This document shows, one piece after another, positions 17,999 to 26,800 of a stretch of DNA of 34,342 nt. The stretch comes from a virus (Duplodnaviria; Caudoviricetes), in IMG/VR virus record IMGVR_UViG_3300042480_000339, positions 1-34,342 of that record; one strand, given 5' to 3'. The notes beneath the pieces are model-generated. The model saw only the letters and a program-made list of their open reading frames with translations, was not told the DNA's origin and searched no databases. The position numbers were made by a program, and so were the translations under genes. The first letter of the stretch is position 1; each line of letters begins with the position of its first letter.

Positions 17999-18049
17999 GA
18001 AAAACTCCGTGTAAATAAGATTGTGGTTGACGTAGTAGTTGACTACGTT

Positions 18050-18709
18050 TTATTGCATTGCAAGATTAACGAAATCTTTTCGATTTTCCAACAGCCACTC
18101 CCGAGAATTTTTTGCATCCTCCTCGTAGTTAGCCACTCCGAGCGTCTGCGATCCGACATGATGCACGTATGACCTGGACACAAACACCTCATACCCACGC
18201 TGGCGGATGTCGAAGCACTGCACATCGTCACTGTAAAAATTGATCGGTGGGAAGTCTACCCACGTCTCCCGTGTGTAGACAGCCAGCAGAGGAGCCACGC
18301 TTGGCACTGCGATGATTTGCAGTTCCTGCTGGTTCTGGATTGTCCTCTGTTGTTCCATGCCGTAGGTAAACCGTATGTTCTGCGGGCTCATCCTCACGTA
18401 GTCAGCACGTGATGCTATGACTCCCCAGTGCCGTTGTTCTCCCTGGCAAATCTCGATGTCTTCGTTAAGCAGTTGGAAACTATCAGGGCGAAGCACGATG
18501 TCGTCGTTGGCGATGGCAAAGGTTCTATGCCCTCCTCGGATCATCGTATCTACCAGGGCATTGTAGCTTGTCCCGAAGTTACCGAGCGAGTGCTGGCGGA
18601 ATACTTCGACATCGCGTGGTTTGTATTCTTTGAGCGAAGCTAAAAACACGCGTTCGTGTGGCGTGTAATGGGCTTTGGATTTGTGGCAGTATCCAAGGGC
18701 GGTGATCAT
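18050..18709 (-). CDS. GT-A fold (GT2-like) glycosyltransferase, early region
   Basis: NFGTSYNA, FAIANDDIVL (DxD-like), FYSDDVQC and VHHVGSQT match GT2 motifs. Confidence 0.8.
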   Translation of the reverse strand: MITALGYCHKSKAHYTPHERVFLASLKEYKPRDVEVFRQHSLGNFGTSYNALVDTMIRGGHRTFAIANDDIVLRPDSFQLLNEDIEICQGEQRHWGVIASRADYVRMSPQNIRFTYGMEQQRTIQNQQELQIIAVPSVAPLLAVYTRETWVDFPPINFYSDDVQCFDIRQRGYEVFVSRSYVHHVGSQTLGVANYEEDAKNSREWLLENRKDFVNLAMQ

Positions 18710-19131
18710 GGCATCACCTCGTTGTAGATGTCTGCGATACGTTGGGCAGCGTCTGCGTGTTCGCGAAACAACATTGGCAAGTAATAAGAAAACTTACCTG
18801 AATCGAACAGAGCAAAAAAGTCAGCATCATCACCGCCCCACTTTACCGTCCATCGTTTTGGTTTGACATACATATCTGGTTTCGGAATTGGCATCCACGG
18901 CTCGCCTGCTTCAATCTTATACCATTGCAGTAGGTTAATGTGCCCCCATCGACAACATATAACATTGCCACTTACTGCCTCTTGTTTTGTAGGCAATCTA
19001 TCTGTTATCCATTTCGAAGATTTAGACATAATCTGATCCTCAACAACCATTTGAAGTTTATATGTATCGTGCATATCTATGATTGCTCTTCTTCGGTTCT
19101 TCCAATGACCGCCTGTTTTTTCTTTACTCAT
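18706..19131 (-). CDS. DUF551-like hypothetical protein
   Basis: KWITDRLPT...PWMPIPKP; start re-called to ATG 19131 with an AAGGAG RBS. Confidence 0.7.
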   Translation of the reverse strand: MSKEKTGGHWKNRRRAIIDMHDTYKLQMVVEDQIMSKSSKWITDRLPTKQEAVSGNVICCRWGHINLLQWYKIEAGEPWMPIPKPDMYVKPKRWTVKWGGDDADFFALFDSGKFSYYLPMLFREHADAAQRIADIYNEVMP

Positions 19132-19315
19132 GGCTGCTCTCCTTTGGCTTTGGTTTGAAGTAGGGATTGGGCTTAGGAATGGGCTGCCATGGTTGGCCTT
19201 CATTCACAGCATCATAGGACCACACTAGAACACCATCGTCCTCATCCCATAAAAGCACACAATAATGCAACGCATCCTCTACAGTCGGTAGCCTCTCTGT
19301 TACCCATTCACTCAT
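19124..19315 (-). CDS. DUF551-like hypothetical protein (paralog)
   Basis: MSEWVTERLPT...PWQPIPKP; start re-called to ATG 19315. Confidence 0.7.
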   Translation of the reverse strand: MSEWVTERLPTVEDALHYCVLLWDEDDGVLVWSYDAVNEGQPWQPIPKPNPYFKPKPKESSHE

Positions 19316-19337
19316 TGCTGCTCTCCTTTTGCTTTGG
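19126..19337. repeat. 28-bp direct repeat (26/28 identical) at 19126-19153 and 19310-19337
   Basis: Minus strand CCAAAGC(C/A)AAAGGAGAGCAGC(C/A)ATGAGT at two consecutive gene junctions. Confidence 0.85.
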
Positions 19338-19641
19338 CGATGGCTGCATCGATCATTGCAATTGCTTTGGGGTCGTCGTGTTGCCACCCGTACTCTTTAC
19401 AGGTGCACCCATTTAGTGTGCATACATGAGACATTGTTGATCTAGTATACTCCAACGCCTCCAGCATGTCAGGGGCGGCGGCGATCAATTGGGCGTGTTC
19501 TTTATTTAACACTTTCGCAATAGGAACATCCCATGTGTAAAACACTAAATAGCTTTGGCTATTTTTAAGATAGGCAAAAGACCAATCATGCATTTTATCA
19601 TTGTTCCAATCAGTAACATACCATAAATTTTCATCACTCAT
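19312..19641 (-). CDS. Conserved phage hypothetical protein (LIAAAPDMLEAL family)
   Basis: AQLIAAAPDMLEALE...AAIAKAKGE motif, common in phage early regions. Confidence 0.8.
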   Translation of the reverse strand: MSDENLWYVTDWNNDKMHDWSFAYLKNSQSYLVFYTWDVPIAKVLNKEHAQLIAAAPDMLEALEYTRSTMSHVCTLNGCTCKEYGWQHDDPKAIAMIDAAIAKAKGEQQ

Positions 19642-19781
19642 TTCGCACCGCCTTTCGTCTTCGCCATCGCCTCTGCTTTGGCCTTGGCATCAAGACAGGC
19701 TGCCATCATGGTTTTCCCGTAGCCTTCAACTTTCTTGCCTGATGACGTCAGGATAAAAGCCTTGTAAATAGGTGTCTTCAC
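19638..19781 (-). CDS. Small basic protein (47 aa, not in ORF track)
   Basis: GTG start with ACACGGAG RBS; MKTPIYKAFILTSSGKKVEGYGKTMMAACLDAKAKAEAMAKTKGGAK; ATGA overlap with the next gene. Confidence 0.7.
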   Translation of the reverse strand: MKTPIYKAFILTSSGKKVEGYGKTMMAACLDAKAKAEAMAKTKGGAK

Positions 19782-19801
19782 TGTGGTCTCCGTGTGGTTG
19801 G

Positions 19802-20020
19802 TTAAAATGCCATTTCTGAAATGCTAATATATTCCCCTGTCTTTGCTGCTTGAAATACCAGATGATACTTTTTGCCATTTGGACGCTTTGCTTGAAATAG
19901 CACCGGCACCCAGTTGTTGCTTACCATGTGAGCAGCTGAATTTGCTAATGCTTCTTTCTGCGATACAACTACCATGCTGACTTGCTGGCCTTTTACATTT
20001 ACATTGATTAGGTTGCTCAT
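19802..20020 (-). CDS. First early gene, hypothetical (72 aa)
   Basis: Start re-called to ATG 20020 (MSNLINVNVKG) with ACACGGAG RBS, just downstream of the promoter. Confidence 0.7.
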   Translation of the reverse strand: MSNLINVNVKGQQVSMVVVSQKEALANSAAHMVSNNWVPVLFQAKRPNGKKYHLVFQAAKTGEYISISEMAF

Positions 20021-20058
20021 CGTCGTCTCCGTGTATAGTGTGGTTGTTTGTTGTGTGC

Positions 20059-20087
20059 AATCTAAGGGATATTTATTTGCAATGCAA
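20059..20087 (-). promoter_or_regulatory. Sigma70-like early promoter
   Basis: Minus strand TTGCAT (20087-20082), 17-nt spacer, TAGATT (20064-20059), with AT-rich upstream sequence. Confidence 0.7.
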
Positions 20088-20136
20088 GTAAATAACAAAA
20101 AACCCGAAAAAATTTTTTCGGGCTTTCTATTTACTT
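20086..20136 (-). terminator. Intrinsic terminator ending the late transcript (probably bidirectional)
   Basis: Perfect 20-bp palindrome CCCGAAAAAATTTTTTCGGG (20103-20122) followed by TTTTTT on the minus strand; outer arms AAGTAAATA/TATTTACTT. Confidence 0.8.
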
Positions 20137-20262
20137 AATTGTCTTCAGCCGTTCCGTCCACACCTTATGCTGGTTTAATAACTCAGCACGGCGCACAGGT
20201 TCCATCTGATAGTTAAGCAACGCCTCGATAGCCTTCAGCATCAACACTACGTGTTCTCTCAT
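20131..20262 (-). CDS. Small last late-operon protein (43 aa, not in ORF track)
   Basis: ATGA-coupled start; MREHVVLMLKAIEALLNYQMEPVRRAELLNQHKVWTERLKTIK; stops just before the terminator. Confidence 0.65.
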   Translation of the reverse strand: MREHVVLMLKAIEALLNYQMEPVRRAELLNQHKVWTERLKTIK

Positions 20263-20798
20263 AATGCCGTCAGTGCCTCCGTAAACACGCGTATACGAGC
20301 CGCAGCACTTGCGGCATAGGTCACACTGGTAGCTGAGTTTGAAAGCACCACAGCGTAGAACGTCGAACTTGTCGAGGTCGTACCTGTTCGAACGTACTTG
20401 TCAGGATTGATGCCAGCAATCCAGACGGTATCCGATACCCGCTTATAGTCGGTATCAGCAATAGTAAACGCCCCCAGTAGGTTTGTCGTCGATCCGTTAT
20501 AGACGGCACCCGATGTAGGCGTCGTCGGCGCTGTCGAGTTATACAGCAGAACAATCAGAGGGCATTTCTTGATGTTAGCAGAGCTTGATGCCGTCTCTTC
20601 AAACTCGATTTGACGGATGATCGCGTGCTGTTGTGTCGTCTGGGCTAGACCCGTGAGGGTAATAACAGACGCCATGACTGGGTAGTATTGGCTCAATGCC
20701 GTCGTTATGACCGTGCCGGTGTTTTGCCAGCCATGATCTGTTGAGTTCGTAGCTGTTAGCACATTGGCAGCTACTGGGGTATTGGGTAAGCAGGACAT
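20259..20798 (-). CDS. Putative tail tip/structural protein (Ser/Thr-rich)
   Basis: Position at the end of the tail module; beta-rich composition. Confidence 0.55.
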   Translation of the reverse strand: MSCLPNTPVAANVLTATNSTDHGWQNTGTVITTALSQYYPVMASVITLTGLAQTTQQHAIIRQIEFEETASSSANIKKCPLIVLLYNSTAPTTPTSGAVYNGSTTNLLGAFTIADTDYKRVSDTVWIAGINPDKYVRTGTTSTSSTFYAVVLSNSATSVTYAASAAARIRVFTEALTAL

Positions 20799-20813
20799 TG
20801 TGTACCTTAAATT

Positions 20814-21617
20814 TTACGGTTGATTACCTTTGGCGAAGACGTACAATCTACCACTTGACGGGAGATTGTCTGTGTTGTTTAACTCGCAGTTCTCACGGTG
20901 GCCTGTGATGTAGGCATAGACGGACGAAGGGTAGATGACACCAGAGTCCTCGGATGAGGGGGCTTCGGAAAGCATCTTCACTTCTAACTTATCGCCAGGC
21001 CTCAACGGCACGTGACAACCACCCTGCAACCTACAATCGTTGATGTGGGGGCCGTCACCCATCATGTGATGGTCTACCATGTCAATGATACGGAAGAAAA
21101 CACCATTCACATAGTATGCCAGACGTGCTTCGTTGATCTGACCACTACCAGGAAAACGGATCTGAAGGTATGTATACACCCACCATACGCCAGAATTGGC
21201 ATCCGTTGGCCTGAACGACCACGTATCGTCGTAGTCAAGAGACTCATTCTGGACACCTTGGGTGCGTAGGATCTCATTGTTGAACGGAACCGGCGTCCAG
21301 ACGTCACTCATGAACTGCCAGTTACCCGTCAGATCCCACTGGAAACTTTGCTTGTAATCGGCCACCCAATGCTTCGACCTGTGTTCAGCATTGCCTATGG
21401 ATTTCATCACCTTGTTTGTTTCACCGAACAGGTACTGCTTATTGACGATGTTGTTAACGGTCGTGTTGAAATTCAACTCGATGTAATACTGGTAATTGTA
21501 AACATCGCCATCAGTGTCTTCCCCTGCATAGTACGTGCCGAAGGTCTGCCTACGACGTTCGAATGCCAGCGAAGCCGGTGCTATCTTGCGATTGTTAACG
21601 GGGTCGTTGATAGGCAT
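20814..21617 (-). CDS. Putative tail/receptor-binding protein with a C1q/TNF-like C-terminal domain
   Basis: F.P....GVWWVYTYLQ...YYVNG...VPLRPGDKLEV...AYITGH resembles the C1q jelly-roll pattern. Confidence 0.55.
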   Translation of the reverse strand: MPINDPVNNRKIAPASLAFERRRQTFGTYYAGEDTDGDVYNYQYYIELNFNTTVNNIVNKQYLFGETNKVMKSIGNAEHRSKHWVADYKQSFQWDLTGNWQFMSDVWTPVPFNNEILRTQGVQNESLDYDDTWSFRPTDANSGVWWVYTYLQIRFPGSGQINEARLAYYVNGVFFRIIDMVDHHMMGDGPHINDCRLQGGCHVPLRPGDKLEVKMLSEAPSSEDSGVIYPSSVYAYITGHRENCELNNTDNLPSSGRLYVFAKGNQP

Positions 21618-23362
21618 TACGTGAGTTCCTTGGAATCGCTAGGCTTAAACAGAAAGTATTTAATCGTCGACGTGCCTGCAACCCAGTTCTGCGTTATCGA
21701 CACCGGAAGGGCATAATCCCACGCAAGGCTTGTGAAGGTACCTACCACGTTATCTGTTAATGTGTGACGCCCTGGCAATGCACTAGGCAGTAGTGCCGTG
21801 CTTCGTGTGTAGTCCCACTCCGTTTCACAGGTGGCGTTGTCAGGATCTGCGAAGACGTGCAAGTGCAGCAAACAAAGTGCAGCAGGCATCGACGTTTGAG
21901 CCTGCATAGCAGCCAGCTGGACACGGTATTTTTCTTGCGATTCATCGTCTTGATATTCTGGCTTATCCGATGCAGGCGAAGAAATCTTCAACCATTGCGT
22001 CGACTTGGGGCCGTACCAGTATTTCGTGGTTTCGTGCACCTTGATTAATGACCCACCCGATTCCCTAAACAGCACCTGATTTGTCTGCTTATATAGGTCG
22101 GTTCGTCCTTCAACGTCGTCGTATTCCCGCATGTAAACAGGCACGTTGTGGATAATCGGTTCTATGTTCATAGAACGAGATGAACGCGCCCCCTGCTGCA
22201 GGCGCACTATTTCGGTGGCGTCTTCCTGCTGTGTTGTTTCGTAGCGACTTTCGACTTTGGCGATGTTATCACCACGCTTGACAATCGATGGCAGCTGCAG
22301 TGAGTTGTTTAGTGACAAGGTTGCATCGGTCGTGTCTACATTGTTGGCATATCCCTTGGACGATGCTATGCGTTTAACTGTCCAGTTGGCAATAATCTTA
22401 TCGTCAAAGGTAAAGTATTCGAAGGAATACGAGGCTTTCACCCCGAACGTTTCGCACAGATCCCTGATGATGTCGTATGCCGTAACATCACGGCGTCCCC
22501 ATGCGAAGTTGTCACCGACGGAATAAAGCCCACCAATGGTAGATGTGGCTGTTGAGTCTTTGTAGATGTTGCTTGTTAGGTATGCCGTCGACGCTGTTAC
22601 GGCCGTCGATGGCGTCCTCGGGTCGGTGTCTATGTTCGTCGTATACAGTTCGATAGCGGCCGTGATTAGACTATCGAGCGTGTTGAGGTCAAACAATCCT
22701 ACGGCCGTTGCTGATGTCCTAGCGTAATTCGTTTTTATGTGCGTGCCCAGTGCCGTTCGTAAGTGAGTCAGCACCTGAGCGAAGGTATCAGCTAAGACTA
22801 AACCAACACTGATATGCTTTTGATTCCTACCGACTAGGCTTCTAAGTAGGAACTGGAAAACTGCAAACTCTGGGGGACGATGGGCGCCTATTTTGCCGTT
22901 GAAGATCTGGTATCCTGTCAGTGTCTTAGCAGCATGGAATATGTAATCGACAAGTTGAACGTTGTAGGCATAGCTGCCATCGTCCAAGGGCTCCAATTCG
23001 ACAGCTTCGACGTTATCCTCGACACCTGCAAACTCGACTGTGTAGGTCGCCCCGTTCGTGCCACGGTCTGACCACAGGATCCACAGGTTGCACTTGTCCG
23101 GGGCAGACGGGTCTACGCTGTCCTCGATGTAATCTTGCACTGCTGCGGGCAACATCGACCATGCCAGTTTGAAGTTCAGAGTTTGGGGCTTTACAAGCCC
23201 GTAGGGGAGCGAATCAAATTCGGCCGTCTGTTCACCCAGTTCAAGCAAACAAACGTCACCTAGCGTGGTTATGGTGCCACCGAGGGCCGTGTCATACGGC
23301 AGCAGTTCCAGCCGTACGTTCCAGCCATTAGGCAGCTTCCGTTGTATTCTGTAGTGCGGCAT
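21617..23362 (-). CDS. Putative tail tip/hub protein
   Basis: 581 aa, second gene after the tape measure; positional inference. Confidence 0.6.
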   Translation of the reverse strand: MPHYRIQRKLPNGWNVRLELLPYDTALGGTITTLGDVCLLELGEQTAEFDSLPYGLVKPQTLNFKLAWSMLPAAVQDYIEDSVDPSAPDKCNLWILWSDRGTNGATYTVEFAGVEDNVEAVELEPLDDGSYAYNVQLVDYIFHAAKTLTGYQIFNGKIGAHRPPEFAVFQFLLRSLVGRNQKHISVGLVLADTFAQVLTHLRTALGTHIKTNYARTSATAVGLFDLNTLDSLITAAIELYTTNIDTDPRTPSTAVTASTAYLTSNIYKDSTATSTIGGLYSVGDNFAWGRRDVTAYDIIRDLCETFGVKASYSFEYFTFDDKIIANWTVKRIASSKGYANNVDTTDATLSLNNSLQLPSIVKRGDNIAKVESRYETTQQEDATEIVRLQQGARSSRSMNIEPIIHNVPVYMREYDDVEGRTDLYKQTNQVLFRESGGSLIKVHETTKYWYGPKSTQWLKISSPASDKPEYQDDESQEKYRVQLAAMQAQTSMPAALCLLHLHVFADPDNATCETEWDYTRSTALLPSALPGRHTLTDNVVGTFTSLAWDYALPVSITQNWVAGTSTIKYFLFKPSDSKELT

Positions 23363-23874
23363 TAGATTAAACTCGATGCTTGGCGGAAACGATGCTTAAA
23401 CGCTAGGGTCAAATTACGGTTCCCGAATTCCTTATTGAGCGATCCCTGCCATGACTCCAGCACGACAGGGTAGACATGCCCCGATGTCGTGGGGCTTGTT
23501 CGTGATCCTGCCGTGAAACGAACCCAGAGGTATTTCTTGCCGTTGATGCCATCGGACAAGGCGAAGTAATCATCAAGATCTGTTTCGGTAGTTGAGGCGT
23601 CAAACAGGAACGGCCAGCACTCGACAGTCCAGATCGTGCGCCTGTTCGCAGTGCCGATGGTGCCACCTCCGATGTCGACTAGAGTGCTAGTTTCAAACTC
23701 CGCATCTTCAGCCGGTGCAAGGATAGGACACGAACCACCTGGGAATCCAGTTGTGATGTTGACGTACCCTGAGAGGGCCGTCAGCGACGAAGCCGCCACC
23801 GTGTCGTATGCCGTCGATGATGTGTCAGCATTGGCAGCATACAACCACATCTGCCATGAACTATTCCCTGCCAT
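23362..23874 (-). CDS. Putative distal tail protein
   Basis: 170 aa directly after the tape measure; positional inference. Confidence 0.55.
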   Translation of the reverse strand: MAGNSSWQMWLYAANADTSSTAYDTVAASSLTALSGYVNITTGFPGGSCPILAPAEDAEFETSTLVDIGGGTIGTANRRTIWTVECWPFLFDASTTETDLDDYFALSDGINGKKYLWVRFTAGSRTSPTTSGHVYPVVLESWQGSLNKEFGNRNLTLAFKHRFRQASSLI

Positions 23875-23875
23875 A

Positions 23876-26800
23876 TTAACCCCTTAAACCACGCACAGCG
23901 GCGCGGTATCTGTTACGTTCGTACAAATATGTGTCCATGCCTACGTCTACAGCCACGGCCATCTGTCCCTGTATTCCGTTCGGCATCGAGTCCAGACGGC
24001 GCCGGATTGCAGCAAGTTCTTGCCTCATACCCGACATTTCACCGCTTAGGTCAGGGGCCACGGCCGGAGCATTAAACGCTAGCGGGAATTTGCCATCGTT
24101 CATCTGTTCCAAGATGCCTCGATACTTGCGAGTGTTTTCTTTGTTGATTACGAACTCGCCCTTGTGGACAATGCCGGCCGGTGTGTACTTGCCACCGTCA
24201 CCAGTGTAACCACCTTCGGCGAAGCCCGAAGCCGATGCTTTTGCGGATGCGAGAAGAGCCAGCAAGGTTGCCGTTGCCGCTGCAGCTATGGCAGCGCCCG
24301 CTAGTGACTTCTCCACAAATTCTTTACCGAAAATTTGAGCAATGAAGATAGGCACCAATGCCGTCAACACATCGAGTGCCAACAATACAGTTGCTTTGCC
24401 GAAGTCCTTTTGTTCAGTTAGGATCTGGGCAAATGCAGAGCCAGCGACGGTGGCCAGTTCGTCGTAGATGTCAGCAAAAGCCGTAGCACCTTCGGCAGCC
24501 GTTGCAAGAACGTTAATGTTTTCCTGCGTCAAGGCTGTAAACTTTTCGTTTAGTTTGCCTAGGATCTTATCAAACAAACTAGGCACTTCGCCCAATGAAC
24601 CCGCTAGTTCGTCAACTGCATCTTGGTATGCTAGTGTGCCAGATGTGATGTCGTCAACTATTTTCTTGGTTGCCTCTTCAGATGCTTTTTCGGGCTTCTT
24701 GAAAACAGCATCCCAATCTATGCCCTGTATTCCCTTGATTGCTGTTTTGCCGAATGACTTAAAAGCCGTTTCATCAAGTGTAGGCTTTAACTGCAGTTCC
24801 TGCGCTGTCAACTTTAAAAACTCGACTTGCCGCTGTAGCGCTTTGGTTATATTCTGTTGAGACCTACGGACTACGTTTACCTCGGTAATCTCAACGTCAG
24901 CAGGGCCCTTTAACTTAAGACCCTTTAACTCCGCCTCGATTTGCAAATCGCGAAAATCATCGAGGATAGCCTGCTTAGACTCGTCTTTCAACAGGCGTAG
25001 CTTCGTGTTTACTGGTAATCCATCGGGGCCTAACTCGATGCGGAGAAGTTCCTGTGCTTGTGTTATCCTATCCTGCAGCTGGGCAACGTCAAACTTCTCG
25101 AGTTCAAACTTAACGTTAACAGCTTCGCCTGCAGCCTCACGTCGTGCGAGTGTTAACTCAAATTCCTTGCGTGCTGTTTTCTGGCTGTCGATATACTGAT
25201 CGAGTGCTTTCTTGGCTGCTTTGTATTGTGAGGTTTCCTTCTCTGCTTTCTTATCGCCGTCTTTGCCATCAGGTGGTGGCACTACAGGTGGCGGCGGCGT
25301 GTTTGCTGCAGCCTGTGCTTCTTCGACCTTACCAAGTGCTTTTAACTGAGCGTTGAGGGCGTTGTTGTATTTCGTGATACCATCGAGGCGTTCTTTGGCA
25401 TCCTTGATATTCTGGTTTGCAAACTCAGCAAAGGCGATCCGTAGCTTGTCCGCCTGTTCTTGTGTCTTGACTGAATACAGACGGTTCGCAAAGTCGATGG
25501 CGAAGTTGTCGACGTTGCCCAGAATATCACTGAATACGTCCTTAAACTCCTCGAGTGCCACGTCACGCTGTGCAGCAAGCAACGTCTGATTAGCCTGGCG
25601 GAGTTTATTCTGCAAACCTATTGCCTCATCGCCTAACTTATTTAATTCGTTAGTCGTGAGTTTAGAGATCTTCTGCACACCATCGAGGTTTTCCGAGAAC
25701 GTCTTGGTTTGATCGATAAGGTCTGGATATTGCTCATCCAGCTTGCCCTGAATCTGCTGGAGTTTCTTGTCCTCTTCGACCGTTCGGTTTGTTTTCTTGG
25801 CAAGTTCAGTGAACTGTTCAGCCAATGACTTGGTTTGTTTCACCGTCGTCTGGCGTTCTTTGTTGCCCTTGATTTGTTGCTCGACAAGGTTCTTTTCGGC
25901 CTCTGCGTTTTCTACGGCCTCCTCAGCTGATACGTTCAACGCATCTGCTAAGTAATATACACCAGCCGCCAGTGCAGCAATACCGGCAATGACAGGCCCT
26001 ATCGGGTTTGCTAACAAAGCCGTTGTAAATGCTTTTAACGAAAAACCAGCAAGGGCTGTAGATGCTGCTGATATACCCATGGCTATTCCGTAGGCTGTAA
26101 TACCAGCAGCTGCAATGATCAGCACAGGCGCGATGTCTTCGAAGTTGTCGAAGACGGCTTTGACGATTGGAGACAAGGTTTGAAATGCGTTGATCAAACC
26201 CACCTCAATAGCGGCCTTGAACTTATCAAACCGAGCCGCTAGGGTATCGTTATTCTTTGCCGCCTGATCGAAGGCCTCGCTGGTACCTGTTACACCTTCG
26301 GTGAACGCTTCGATATTGCCAATGTTGTCTAACAAGATACCAGCCGTAGCGGCGTTTTCCGTACCGAACAAGGTAGCCTTAAACGCTGCTTTCTCCGCAT
26401 CGGTGCCGAGCTTGTCGATTCCGCCTTGCAACTTAGTAAGTGCAGCCGACAGGCCTTCCTTTGTAAGTGTTTCCCCGAGATCCTTGATAGACAAACCGAC
26501 GCCTTTAAGCGCTTCTTCTCCAGGGCCTGACTGTTTAACAAGCATACCCAGAACATTACGGAGCCCGACACCAGCCTCGGAGCCTACCTTACCACCAACG
26601 GCCAAAGCCTGGATAGCGGCATTGGTTTCTTCGAAGGAAAGATTGGCACCCTTAGCAGCGACACCAGCCTGCAGGATAGCGTCTGCCACCTGTGGGATTT
26701 CAGCGGCACCGACCTTGGCAGATGCAGCGAGAACGTTGATGAAACGCCCCGACTCTTCAGCGAGCTTTGCGGGGTCACTAGCGTCGATGCCAAACTGTAG

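Noticed and set aside
18706-19337. Paralogous repeats as a diversity-generating retroelement TR/VR pair
   Set aside because: No reverse transcriptase seen, the repeats are short, and they lie at gene starts rather than in a variable C-terminus.
25270-25300. Pro-rich tract TPPPPVVPPP in the tape measure
   Set aside because: Low-complexity linker within an intact frame; no repeat array at DNA level.
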